In this document: positions 23,301-35,177 of the stretch, in pieces
Position numbering within the stretch: the stretch's first letter is position 1
How the letters are laid out: each line of letters starts with the position of its first letter
Source: Selaginella moellendorffii
Taxonomy: Eukaryota > Plantae > Lycopodiophyta
Length of the DNA stretch: 64,000 nt
Assembly: GCF_000143415.4 (NCBI RefSeq)
Contig: NW_003314282.1
Location: 1,197,374-1,261,373, forward strand
Direction: 5' to 3'
Notes under the pieces: generated by a model
The model's input: only the letters and a program-made list of their open reading frames with translations
Database searches by the model: none
Told to the model about the DNA's origin: nothing
Made by a program: the position numbers and the translations under genes

Positions 23301-25700
23301 CGCAAGTTGAACCCTATTTCTAAGCGTGATGTTTATCCAGTACCGCGAATAGATCATACACTCGACCAGCTTGCTGGTGCACAGGTAGATGTCCGAGAGA
23401 GAGGTATGCTGGTACTTATGTGTTGTAACTCAGGTGTTTTCCTTCTAGCCTCTAGCTTCTGGCAAGTGCCTATGAGAAGAGGATAAGGAGAAGACAGCTT
23501 TTACATGCCGGGATGGTCTGTACCAGTTCAAAAGCATGCCTTTTGGGCTATGTAACGTAAGTGCTACTTTCAAAGACTTATGGACCGTGTCCTCGGTACG
23601 CTCAGATGGGAATTGTCACTTGTCTATATAGACGACGTTAATGTCTATTCTCGGGGAGTATGTAGCCTCATCACAGACCTCAGAAAGGTATTTTCCAGAT
23701 TGAAAGCAGCAGGTCTGAAGATTAAGCCAAAGAAATGTCACTTCTTCATGCGCGAAATTAAGTTTCTTGGACATGTGGTGTCTAGCAAAGGAATTGCTCC
23801 GGATCCTGAGAAAATATCAGCAGTGAAGGAGTTTCCTATTCCTGAGGGAAAGAAGCAGGTCCACGAGTTCTGAACTCTAATGCCTTGGTGCAGATTAAAG
23901 CCTTTCTTGGTCTGGCTGGCTAGATTTATCAACAAATTCGCAGAAAGGGCTTCTAAAGCAGTCGGAGCGGATGGCTTGGGGTGCCGAGCAGCAGAACACC
24001 TTTGAAGAACTAAAGCGGGAGCTGTGCAAGGAGCCTATATTATCTTATCCTGATTGTAGGTATTGTAGTTGCCTGGTGATGTATTGATGCAATGCGCCAT
24101 ATCAGCAATATTGGCATAGATTGGGAATGGGAATGCGGAACATCCCATTGCTTATTATAGCAAGCGCTCAAGGCTCTTCAAGGCTCAGGATCACTCTCAG
24201 GCTGTCTCCAGTGATGGTCGATTTACTTAATGGGATATGACTATGAAATTGTCTACAAAAGAGGCTCAAAAACTCGAAAGCAGATGGGTTATCCAGAGCT
24301 TTTCACAGCTAGACTGTCTCACAAATTTGTTGAATTTCCTTGTTATATTTCTCATGTTTAATCGCATTGGCAATATTTATCATTCCTGTTCTGGGTTGTA
24401 GTTGCGTGAGCATCCCTATTTGGACTTGATTATTTAAGTGTGTGGGTCGGTTGAAGTAGTTATCCCTGCTTTGGACTTCAGATGGATCGCAAAGAATACA
24501 AACTGCACCTGGCCTTCGCTGAATCGGGAGAGATTGTTCTTGGCATTGACAAGTCAGTGAGGAGAAAACTCAATCGAGGAAGAGATAAGTTTGGTGTGCT
24601 AGATGGCAAGCTAATGTACATCGCTTCAAGGGAGCTGAATCAATACCTGGTAGTTCAGCGGGATGAGGTCGATGAGCTCGTGCTAAGATACCATGCTTCC
24701 TCTTTATCGGGTCATTTGTCACGGAACAGGATCCTAGATGATTTACAGCAGCATTACTGGTGGATTGGTACGAGGAATGATGTTGATCGGGTTACAGTTT
24801 GCAAGATCTCTAATGCTCCTATGCGGTCATCTATAACCTCAGAATTACAGCCACTGCCAATTGGAGGGCCTTTTGCAAGGGTGGGACTTGATTTCGTTGA
24901 ACCTTTCAACTTCCCCTCCAGACATGGCAACTGATATTTTGTTGTTTGCATGGACTACTTCTCTAAGTGGGTTAAGGCACGAGCAGTAAATGACAAATCT
25001 ACTCAGACTGCTGTGGAATTTATCTACGAGGATGTTATCTTAAGACATGGAGTCCCAGAGCAGATCCTTACTGACAGGATAAAGGAGTTTTGCAGTGAGG
25101 CATTAATGGGTGTGAAGCACACCCTGACAGGAAGATTAAAACCTTCAACTAATGGCATGGTAGAGCACTTTAACAGGACATTAGAAAAGACGATCTCAGT
25201 AAATATTTTGCTCAAGAAAGGGGAGTGGGACAATGTTTTGCCGGAAGTACTCTTTGCTTACAGAACAACAAGACAGGAGTCCACAGGTTTTTCACCTTTT
25301 GAGATGATTTACAGGAGAAGAGCGAAGAAACCTGCTCACCCTGGATTAGATCTCACCGCAACCAATGATGGTATTGAATCCCAGAACTATGTTGGAGAAA
25401 GCTCGAATCACAGGGCAATCTTGGAAGAAAGAGCAAGAGCAAACATTGAACAGGCACAAGCTCGTTATTCAAGGAACTACAAGAAAAGAATCAATGATCA
25501 TCCCTTTGGTGTTGGAGATTCTGTCATGGCCAAAGTTGTGGTGCAAGGCATCCTAGGAAGGAAGTGTTCTTCACGGTACGATGGGCCCTATTTGGTAATA
25601 GATCAGCCAACTCAAGCTAAGATGACAATTTTGGCTCAGCAAACAGAGAGTGCAATGCCAGGGACAGTGTTATCCACAGAATTACGATTCTCTAATTTGA
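20380..25700 (+). mobile_element. Decayed Ty3/gypsy retroelement: gag(CCHC)-PR-dUTPase-like-RT-RH-INT; no LTR pair found; boundaries approximate
   Basis: CYTCGKEGHIQCDC (21905-21946), VAMVDTS, SPWASPVVLV..RFCVDYRKLN, YIDD, YHAS..GH..YWW, integrase core (LDFV, ILTD, NGMVEHFNRTL), GPY; many stops and frameshifts. Confidence 0.88.
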
Positions 25701-26072
25701 TATTCGACAGCAATGTTAGAAGTCCTGGAGAGCGTTCAATCAGACCCATGTTTTTTCAAGTCTCTCCTTCAAAAACGAGGAAATGACTACAGACATTAGT
25801 CTAGGAGTTGTGTGAGAACACGAGTGACCGCTACAACGTTTTCACGCAGAGAATATCCGCGAAAAATATTCTTCCAGATGAATAAAGGAATGCCACATGT
25901 CCTTATTTTCATGTAGTACGGTCATTTTTTGGCAGACGCCATAAATTCCTCCAATATCAAGTCAGTCAAAAAGTGAATCTGACGTAGTCCACCTTGCAAG
26001 GTCTTGCCCAAATAGGATGACACAGCTGGCTGGGAGTTCAAATAATTCGGCGCTTGAGAGGCCGAAAAAATA

Positions 26073-28595
26073 ATGGCTAGTAAAGGAAAGTTGTGCTTCA
26101 TTGTCTCGTCGATCTTCATCCTGCGTTTTGCTCAAGCAGAAATATGCTACTCGAACTTCACCACCAAGATAAATGGTGCCTTGTATCCGCTTGATCCATA
26201 CGGTTTGAGTGGCCGCTACGCTGGTTTATGGTCAAATTATAGCAACATAGATATCAGCCAGGGCATGAGTTACCAGGTGTGGATGCTGAGTTATAACGCT
26301 GAAACGCCAAAATCGTTTTTCCTGGCACTCATTGCCATCCGCAATCCAAGTGAGTATTGGGATCTCACAAGACCGGTCATCCTGTGGAAGGCCCGACAGA
26401 CGAGGCTTGTAGGTGAGAATGCCACTTTACAATTTACCGCAGATGGAGAGCTTAAAATCGAAGAAGACGATGATGTCGTATGGTCCACGAAAACTGCAAA
26501 CAGAGGCGTCCGGTGGCTCTGTATTTCCAATCGCGCAACCATAATGCTCCTGGATGAAAGCGGAAGCAATGTCATCTGGCAAAGCAGCGACGAACCTTCT
26601 GATACTGTGCTGTTGCAACGAGCACTTACGCCGGGACAAAAGCTCGTAAGTTGGAATACTTCAGAAGACAGCAGCGATGGCCTCTATAGTCTCGTCATAG
26701 AGAAAAACAGGCTGCAACTGTTGTACGCCTCGCAACCGTACTGGAGCTTCGGTAATATTACCAGCGAGGAAGATATGTTTGCGGTGTTCTGCAGGCAAAA
26801 CGATGGTATCGTGTCTCTGGATCTGCGAGCCAACTTCTCACAGATTGAAACGAATCGTGATGACTTGGGGTTGGTGTTTTCATTGTCATGTTCCAGTCGA
26901 GGTTTAAGAGATCAAGTGATGGAGTTGCCAATAGATGGGTCACAACTCACGCCCTCCACTTTCATAAAGCTGAAACCGGACGGGGATGTCGTCTTGTACT
27001 CCTGGAATTGGACGGGTACAAACTGGATAGATTTCTTCAGGTTTTCGACTCTCTTCAAGTGCTTTCTTCCAAGTGGATGTGGAAGATACAGAACCTGCAA
27101 TTCAGCATCAGGCGCATGCGAGGAAACTTGTCCAGATACCTTTGCAAGAAGAGGTGAAGACTGCCAGCCACCATATCCACTAGAGACATGCGAAGACCAG
27201 CTCGAGTATCGATTCGTTCGAAGAGAGGGAGCTGATTACTTCTCCACAAATTATTCCACTCCAGTTCCTGAAGCATCAGTGGAGGCGTGTCAGGGGCGCT
27301 GTGAGTCGAACTGCACCTGCACGGCGGCCTTTTATAATGACGGGAGCTGCTTTCTCACGCACGGCGACGTGCAGTCACTCCGATCTGGGAAGTACGTTGC
27401 TCTGCTGAAAGTTGCCCGCCCTCGAAAGATTTCCAAGACGCAACTCCAGGCCATCACGTTGGGAGTACTTGTTCCAACAATGTTCCTGCTGATAGTCTGT
27501 CTCGGATGGCACTGCCGGAGGAGAAATAAGCATGATGACGACGAGGGAGAAGAAGAAAGCACCTTGCAGCTATCCCTCATGGCGGGTATGCCCAGGCGCT
27601 TCAGTTTCCAGGAGCTTGAAGAAGTCACAGGGAAGTTCAGCAACTGCCTCGGGAATGGAGGATTCGGAAGCGTTTTCAAAGGATTACTTGCCGATGGAAC
27701 TGAAGTTGCTGTGAAGAAGCTCGAAGGGTCGAACCAGAGAAGTAAGGACTTTTTTGCGGAAGTTGGAATTCTAGCCAGGACGCACCACTGGAACCTCGTC
27801 AAGCTGCTGGGATTCTGTGCGCAAGGACCCAGGAAAAGGCTCCTTGTGTACGAGTATATGAAGAATGGCTCTCTAGAGCAGTGGATATTTGAAGACGACA
27901 GAATTCCTGGGAATATTTCGTGGAAACTTAGATTCAACATCGCAATAGGCACAGCGAGAGGATTGAACTACTTACACGATGACTGTGTTGAAAGGATAAT
28001 CCACCTGGATCTGAAGCCGGAGAACGTACTCCTCGACGATGGTTTCCAGCCGAAGATAGCAGACTTCGGATTGTCCAAGCTCATGGACAGGAAGGAAAGC
28101 GAGTTGCAGCTGACGACTACGAGAGGCACTCCTGGCTATGTTGCACCAGAGTGTATTCAGGAAGGAACGGTGACTGAAAAAACAGATGTTTTCGGCTTCG
28201 GGGTTCTGCTGCTTGAGATCATAACAGGCTGCAAGAACAGGAACCTCTCAGGCGACTACCTGAAGGACTACTTGTTGGTTAGTAACAGAAACGGTAGTGC
28301 CGCTGCTCACCTCTCTGAAGAAGAGAACGAAAAGGAAAGATTGAAGAATGTTGCGGCGATGTGTGTTCGAGACGATCCAAACTTACGGCCCTCGATGAGC
28401 AAGGTTATACAGATGATGGAAGGAGTTACCGAGCTGCTTCAAGTACCTTTGGAATCGGAGCTGAATTTCTTTTTCGCTTCCAGACCCAAAGATCAGCAAA
28501 GAGCCTCGAACGTGAGTTATCGGAGTTCTGATAAGTTTCTGAACTCATCTTCCTCGTTTACTGCCTTCTCACAATCTAGCCTGAATGCCCGATGA
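26073..28595 (+). CDS. G-type lectin S-domain receptor kinase, non-RD, intronless (RLK4)
   Basis: 840-aa ORF, complete lectin-EGF-PAN-TM-kinase, PAN cysteines intact (CQGRCESNCTC). Confidence 0.93.
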   Translation: MASKGKLCFIVSSIFILRFAQAEICYSNFTTKINGALYPLDPYGLSGRYAGLWSNYSNIDISQGMSYQVWMLSYNAETPKSFFLALIAIRNPSEYWDLTRPVILWKARQTRLVGENATLQFTADGELKIEEDDDVVWSTKTANRGVRWLCISNRATIMLLDESGSNVIWQSSDEPSDTVLLQRALTPGQKLVSWNTSEDSSDGLYSLVIEKNRLQLLYASQPYWSFGNITSEEDMFAVFCRQNDGIVSLDLRANFSQIETNRDDLGLVFSLSCSSRGLRDQVMELPIDGSQLTPSTFIKLKPDGDVVLYSWNWTGTNWIDFFRFSTLFKCFLPSGCGRYRTCNSASGACEETCPDTFARRGEDCQPPYPLETCEDQLEYRFVRREGADYFSTNYSTPVPEASVEACQGRCESNCTCTAAFYNDGSCFLTHGDVQSLRSGKYVALLKVARPRKISKTQLQAITLGVLVPTMFLLIVCLGWHCRRRNKHDDDEGEEESTLQLSLMAGMPRRFSFQELEEVTGKFSNCLGNGGFGSVFKGLLADGTEVAVKKLEGSNQRSKDFFAEVGILARTHHWNLVKLLGFCAQGPRKRLLVYEYMKNGSLEQWIFEDDRIPGNISWKLRFNIAIGTARGLNYLHDDCVERIIHLDLKPENVLLDDGFQPKIADFGLSKLMDRKESELQLTTTRGTPGYVAPECIQEGTVTEKTDVFGFGVLLLEIITGCKNRNLSGDYLKDYLLVSNRNGSAAAHLSEEENEKERLKNVAAMCVRDDPNLRPSMSKVIQMMEGVTELLQVPLESELNFFFASRPKDQQRASNVSYRSSDKFLNSSSSFTAFSQSSLNAR

Positions 28596-29649
28596 AATTA
28601 TACATTACAACATTGAACGAAAAATATACCTTCGTTGATTCGCTACTGCTGAAACTGTTGCGCTAAGCCAAAAACAATGTAGCTGCAATATCATTGAATC
28701 ATCAACCTCCAAAGAAGAACAGTTATATCTTCTCCTATTTGAGTTCCAGATACTCATAAAGGAAATTCGTCGTCGAAGTCTGTAGAAAAATCGTCAATCA
28801 GTACGTGATTCGAAACTAGAAATTATGAGAAGAAACCGTTTCGAGCTTCGGCTTTCAGCAATAGCAGGCTACAAAAAGAAAAACCTCGCGAAATATCCTG
28901 AAAAGCTCCATCAGGAACACAAGAAAAGAGAAAGATTGCCAATCGTCAAAAAGGCAATATTGAGCTTAAAATCGCAGGTGATCTTGAGAGAAAAGGATGG
29001 AGCTCCCTCATAAGAGTTTCGAAAAGATGCTGAAGCTATCAATATCGTTCAAGGATTTGCCACAACACGAGTCCATCTAGAGCATAAAAAAAGAAATAGC
29101 AATGGACGCGATTCTTAGCTTGAAAACCAAAATTTACCAAACGATGGCCTGGAGCTAACACAGTTGGAGCACAAAAGTAAGCGCATCACAGCGCACTCTT
29201 CCTCTATCAACGAACAGCGACCAAAGTGTGAGCGTCCATCTAAAGCCAAAGGAATTCTTTGTGTAAGCGAAATATACCTCAGATTTCACGGATCTTCTGT
29301 GACGAGCTCCAGCGCCAACAAAAAGAAATCGCGCCATGGCATTGCATTCTACAAATTGCGAGGTTAATCAGCCGCAAGAAATCGAAACTAGAGAGAGCAA
29401 CTCAATGAATGAAGTGTCACCTCAAAGATTCACCACAGTGCTCGAGCAGCATTGCGCCGATCTCCACGGAAATGCGATGTTAGAGCTCTCGATCGGCAGA
29501 AATCCATCGCATTTTCCGAGCTCCATCCCTGGCCCATTCATAAACCCTAGAACACAAACCCACTTTAAAAGGCCTTAACAGGTCCCGCGTTCGATTCTAA
29601 GCAAAGGTTTATTATTTATCCACGTATGATCCAAAACATTCTTCGCAAT

Positions 29650-30960
29650 CTAGCGAGCCAAGGATTTCACAGCGTCTCGCAGCCTCGTGTAGTCCTCGAG
29701 CTTGTTGTAAATCTGGTGAGAAACTCTCGCGTACGCCGTCCCGGATCTCATGCTCTTCGAATTCGCGCTGGGCGATCCCCCCGCCTGGAAGCAAATCGGG
29801 ACCTCCACTCCAAACTCCCTGCGCAGCCTCGTCCTCATCTCCAGCGCCGCCTCCTCGCTCGCCACTTCCAGCTTCGCCGGGAGCTCCACCATCGCCATGG
29901 ACGAAGCAAGCTCGGCACACGTCCCACACTGCGTCCCCCACGCCGCCGCGAGCATCTCCGCCATCGCCATCGCCCCCCGGTGATTGAAAGCGATGAGACT
30001 GGAGAGGCCACCTAGATTCCCATCGATGAACTCCACCGCGGCGGTCACGGCGAGCTGGGAGCTGTAGTCTCTCGTCCCCACCCAAGAACACTCGCTGAAG
30101 AGCCCCAGCTTGAAGTTGTGAGACACCACCGGGTGGTGGAGGCGCTCCAGATGCTTGGCCTTGGCGTGGAGGAACGCGACGCTGTGTGGAGCGAAGAGCC
30201 ACTTGTGGAGATTGCTCGAGTAGTAGTCGGCGTCGATCTCCTCCATGCTCAGCTCGATGTTGCCGATCGCGTGAGCGCCATCCACGAAGATCTGCTCCAC
30301 TCCAGCGTCGCGGCAAAGGGCGACGAGATCTCGCGCCGGGAGAACCACCGATGGCATCGAGGTGATGTGGTCGATCACCGCCAGCCGGATGGTGGTGGAG
30401 CTCTTGGCGGCCTGCTCCAGCGATCGCTGGAAGCTGTCGATGATCTGCCGGGCGGAGAGAATTGGAAGCGCGAGCTCCACCTCGATGATCCTCGCGCCTG
30501 CGCGAACAGCGTAGGCCTCGAAGCACTTCTTCACGGCGGCATAGCTGCAGTTGAGCATGAGGATGGCGTCGCCGGGGTGGAATCTCTTCTCCAGGAATCC
30601 CCACGCCATGTCCTGGGCGATCATCGCCGCCGCCGTGGTCACGTTGTCCACCAGGACGATCTCCTCCACGTCGGGGGCGCGGATGATGGACGCGATCGCC
30701 TCCCGCGACGCGCGCAATCCCTTCTCCAGGGGGCCGAAGTAGAACTCGTCCGGCTGCTCCAGCCACTGCCTGTGCCACCGCTGCTGCGCCTCCAGGACCG
30801 ATCGAGGACAGCTCCCAAAGCTCCCATTGTTGATTCTCGCGATTCCTTGCCTGTGGTGCGAGAATTCGCGAGCCAGCATCTCCTCCCAGATCTTGCCGGA
30901 TTCCACAATCGGCATTCTCTGGATACTCCCGGCCTCTTGCCCTTGCATCGACACAGTCAT
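29650..30960 (-). CDS. LCD: L-cysteine desulfhydrase-like / isopenicillin N epimerase-family class V PLP enzyme, intronless
   Basis: INNGSFGSCP, IDHITSMP, VDGAHA, SNLHKW (PLP lysine), WVGTRD, ARVSHQIYN motifs. Confidence 0.85.
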   Translation of the reverse strand: MTVSMQGQEAGSIQRMPIVESGKIWEEMLAREFSHHRQGIARINNGSFGSCPRSVLEAQQRWHRQWLEQPDEFYFGPLEKGLRASREAIASIIRAPDVEEIVLVDNVTTAAAMIAQDMAWGFLEKRFHPGDAILMLNCSYAAVKKCFEAYAVRAGARIIEVELALPILSARQIIDSFQRSLEQAAKSSTTIRLAVIDHITSMPSVVLPARDLVALCRDAGVEQIFVDGAHAIGNIELSMEEIDADYYSSNLHKWLFAPHSVAFLHAKAKHLERLHHPVVSHNFKLGLFSECSWVGTRDYSSQLAVTAAVEFIDGNLGGLSSLIAFNHRGAMAMAEMLAAAWGTQCGTCAELASSMAMVELPAKLEVASEEAALEMRTRLRREFGVEVPICFQAGGSPSANSKSMRSGTAYARVSHQIYNKLEDYTRLRDAVKSLAR

Positions 30961-31340
30961 GGCGCCGCGCCCTCGATCGATCAAAAATCCCTACCCTCGT
31001 CGCGGGGATCAATCCAGCACAACAGCACTGGATTTCGCCCTTCCTAGAAGAATCTACAAACTCACAATCTCGCGAGAAATAGGTCGAGTTGCCCTGCCGC
31101 CATAGCTCAAGCTTCTGCCCTTAAAAACGAGCCTCTTATTCCCTGGATATTCTCAATTGTCCGTTATTATATGAAGGAATCCATCGTCTTGGAAAATGAC
31201 GTGCATGCATTAAGCTCAATGGCTTTGCATATGCTATTTGCATATGCCCGGATATCCAAAGAAGCTAGCTTTGCAGCAAAGGCAAAACAATTCCTCCACG
31301 AAAGAAGGAATCGATCGATCAAAAAAATTGTTGCCATAGC

Positions 31341-31537
31341 TTTTCGAGATGCTTGCTATCCTGCGATAGAAGAATAACAAAGATTGTTAGATCTCGATTC
31401 CTCTGGAGAAAGATCGTCAAACCTTTGCTTGTGTTATTCGAGACGCTATCGCCCATCCTGTGATAGAAGAGTAACAAAGCTTGTTAGATTGCAATTCTTC
31501 TTTAGAAAGATCATCAAACCTTTGCTTGCGTTTTCGC
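31341..31537. repeat. Same degenerate tandem repeat as 11121-11415, 2 units, overlapping the UTP14 stop
   Basis: Two copies of AGAA.AACAAAG.TTGTTAGAT..GAAAGATC.TCAAACCTTTGCTTG. Confidence 0.75.
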
Positions 31538-34500
31538 TTTCCTGGAATCCCGTGCTCCGTGCGAGTTACTTTCTTGCTTGCGTTTTCTCTTGCCGACGTC
31601 CTCGTACTCGATTGGATCGATTATCACTCCCGCTCGTTTGATTATCTGCGTGGTAATCACGTTTACAATCAAATCAAAACAGGAAGATCGAGAAACAGTA
31701 AGAAAAGCAAAGCTTACAGATGGTCGTGTCAAGTCCTGAAAAGCTTTGGTTGGGTTGTAATCACGCCCCAATGGCATCCGCATTGTTTTCTCGAAAACTT
31801 CTCTCGATGTGTAGGGGAATGGCAGCGACGACGACAGGAACTTTGCAGCCTGTTACACAGAGAAGTGAGCAAAGAAAAGGAAGAACAAGAAAACCTACCT
31901 TCTTATCAGTCTTCTGGCTGATGATGACGTGCTTGAGCTTTGCATCCAGTCTCCGCTTCTCGGCCTCTTCTTTCTTTCGCTTGGCCTCCTCCTGTTGCTT
32001 TAGCATCCATTGTGGAGGACCTCTCTTCTTCTGGATGTCTGTCCACTGCCCCCACCCTGGTAAGTCCATTCTCTCGAGTTCTTCTTGGGGACACTCTTCG
32101 TCCACTGCGGCCGCTTTTGCTTCTTGGAACTCGGCCTCCACATCGTCTCCAGCAAAAGCCTCTCGAATCAGATCCTCTTGACTACGTGGAACTATGACTT
32201 CGTCACCGTCGTAATCGAGATCTTCCTCTTGTTCTTCCACGCTGTTTTCCTGCTCTGGTACAGTTTTTTTGTCCTGCTTGTGACTCGTATCCTTTGGCCG
32301 CCCCGCAATCGCCACCTTAAAACTTTCGTCTGCTACGCTTTTGCTGTTTGTTTCTGGCCTCGCAACTTCGTCCGTGCCGAATACTGTCGGGTTTGCACTG
32401 ATAACCGAATGCTTTGTCACCTCCACTCCCATCGCATCTTCAAGTCTAGTCGCCGATTCCTTGTTTTTGCTTTTCTTCTTCTTTTTCTTCTTCGTCCTCT
32501 CGCTCTTGTCTCCAGCTATCGTGATTGGTTCGTCAACTTTCGTGGTGTGCTCCACGGCAGCGCTAACCTGTATGAACACATTAGTCTTATTTTCAGGAAA
32601 GAGGAGCTATACCGGCTTACCATTCCTTCTAGATCAACATCCTCAATATCAACGGCATTGACAGGAACAGGATCAGATTTTCTCTTTTTCTCCTTCCTCG
32701 TGACTAATAGCATCTTCGTTCCCATCAACGGAGATTCATCTTCTGAGTTTTCACTATCGGTTCCACGCTCGACCATGTCATCTTCTTCATCGATAGCTTT
32801 CATAGCGGACACCTTGTCTGCGTGGCCTCCAAACGACAGTTTCCCTTTTAATGGGCCAGTTTCCTGGCTGGGACCAGCATCGTCAGCTCCAGCAGATTCA
32901 AGTTCTTCTAACACTGCTCGGGCCTCATCTTCTGCTTCTTTTCTCTTTTTCTCAATCGCACGGACCTGAAAGAAAGTGGTAGAAGTAAAGATGAGTTCAA
33001 TTAAAATGCATGAGTATTTACCATGAATGGAAGAGCAAAGATACCAGTAGTCGGTAGCTCGGTGTCGTTGGTTCCTTCTTCCAGTGCTTTCAACGTAGCG
33101 ACCTTGGCTTTGGCTAGCACTCTTGATCCAGGCTTTTCTAGCACAAGTCCCGGCTCATCATCCTTATCACTGTCGTCTTCCTCGTCCTCGTCACTGCTAC
33201 TGCTCTCAGACTTGGCAGAATGAATTTTTCTCGTCAACAACGCGTGCTCACGGAGCTGCTCTGTGATAGCCTCTCTTGTTCCCTCATTGTGTTGCTGCAA
33301 GCCACGCTTTAGAATTCTTTTTGCCCAGCGAGACGTGTTTTTGTGTTTCAATGTCATGCGCTCCTGCAAAACAGGAAGATTAGTAAGTCATCTGGATACA
33401 GGAGACTAAAACTTTTACCCTTGCACGATTCAACTCCTGCTTCATAGTTTCCTCGAGTTGTACGTCAGGATCATCCGCCAACATATCTGCTTTGGTCTTC
33501 TGCGATTTCCTCGCAAGCCGATGAAACGTTTTGGACTTGATCTTTTTTACTCTCTTGGCTCTCTCCTCGTGACGGAATAGAAGATTACGCATTTTAGCAA
33601 GTCTCTCTTGACGATCCCTGACTTCATCAACCGATAGCTGCACAAAAATAACGCTAGTAATTTACCAGAGGAAACATCAAAGAGCCAACCAATACCTTGT
33701 TAAGCTCGAGGCTTTCCTTGGCCTCAATTTGAGAAGGATCGGCCACACCGTTTTCCTTTAGCAAAGCTGCCACCTCCTTCTCAAACGCTGTCGAAGGCTT
33801 GAAATCAGCGACCATCGACGTCGTTGATGAAAGGGCGACGTTTACTTTGTCAATAAACTTCAGTGTAGAGGCTTCACGATTCCTTTTCACGATCGGCTGC
33901 CACTTGCTGATGTCCTCAACAGTTTTCTCGTAGCCAGCTTGTCTATCGATCTTCTCCTGAATATTTTTCGGCAGCGGTACCGACACCGGAGCCGCACTCT
34001 TTTGCAGTGATCGAACCCGTTTCTTGAGCGCATTAAATCCAGGCTTTTCCTGGAGTGGAGCCAGCAAATCCTCAACAGTGATTGGCACTTCTTCATTCTT
34101 ATCATCCATGTAGCTGATATCTTCCTTGACCTTCTTAGCTACGTAGACAAAGAGCAGTCTTTTAGCCATAGCTGAGAGAGAATAGAAAAGCACGTACCAT
34201 GTCGGTTCGCTTTACCAGTGACTTCCATGAGCATTCTATCATGGAGTTCTTCCTGATCTCCTTCTTCTTCGTCTCCCTCGTCATCTTCATCGTCGTCATC
34301 TTCCAGTGATTTATCATCCAAAGTTCCAACATTCTCCTCTCCAGACGCAGCACCTTCATCGATCTCCTCGTCCTGCAAACGCCCCACATTCAATTCCAGA
34401 AGCAAAACAAACACAAAATCTCACCTCGAAATCCGATGGAAGCTCGTACTCCAGCTTGTCCACCTGGTCAAACCGCCTGTTCTTCCCGGACTCCTCCTGC

Positions 34501-34727
34501 GGCACACCCTCTTGGTACTCGTACAAATCGCTGGCAACCGAATCGGGCTCATCCGCCGGCTTGCCGGATTTGCGAGAATGCCGCCTCTTGCGATCATTCA
34601 GATCCAGCGGCAGGCCAATCTCCTTGAGAAGACGCGATGGGTAATTTGGCCCGGCATCCCTGCCCTTGCCTCTTCCTCCCCTGCCTCTTCCTCCCCCTCC
34701 CCTTCCTCTTCCCCGCTTGGGCGCCAT
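31514..34727 (-). CDS. UTP14: U3 snoRNP / SSU processome protein UTP14, multi-exon
   Basis: RG-rich start, KWQPIVKRNREA, RVKKIKSKTFHR, ERMTLKHKNTSRWAK, AFAGDDV, LPGWGQW, GVIIDPI across short GT-AG introns. Confidence 0.92.
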
Positions 34728-34731
34728 ACCT

Positions 34732-34740
34732 AAACCCTAA
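34732..34740 (+). promoter_or_regulatory. Telo-box AAACCCTAA just upstream of the UTP14 ATG
   Basis: Exact motif 4 nt from the start codon; telo-boxes are typical of plant ribosome-biogenesis genes. Confidence 0.6.
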
Positions 34741-35071
34741 ACCTTCACAAAAAACTTAACCAAATAACCATTCCACCTTTGTTAAAAAACTTACCAAACA
34801 CAAGAACTTTCGTCCTGTGGCTTTTGCGTTCCATCGTTCCATCGTAAAGCTTTAGTATGGTCCCATGCCATCTATCTATCTATGTATTTATCTATCGTTA
34901 TGATCCACATGGAGAAATATTACAAACCAAAAGCCATGAAGTACCTTCACTCCAATTGCGATAGAAGAGCCAAAGTTTCTCTTCACTCGAAGAACAAAGA
35001 AGCATAGTGGCAAACTATTAAAAAAAAAAACACATTACAAAAGCATAACAAAGCTTGGTGAAACACATTCA

Positions 35072-35177
35072 TTGTGGTGGTTTTCCGGGCTGGATTTGAT
35101 TATTTTTGGTGTGATGGTAGATCTGGCACACTTGAGGAAGAGATTCCAGTGGCGAGGTGCTGTGCATTTCGCTGGAT
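35072..35177 (+). repeat. Inverted duplicate of REV3 last intron and last exon (pairs with about 35559-35665)
   Basis: TGGTAGATCTGGCACACTTGAGGAAGAGATTCCAGTGGCGAGGTGCTGTGC matches REV3 sense TGGTAGATCTGTCACACTTGTGGAGGAGGAGACTCCAGTGGCGAGGTGCTGTGC. Confidence 0.85.

Noticed and set aside
29612-31047. Long alternative-frame and antisense ORFs over the desulfhydrase (466 aa, 309 aa; also 9932-11050)
   Set aside because: Expected by-product of very GC-rich codon usage; low-complexity R/G/A products without motifs
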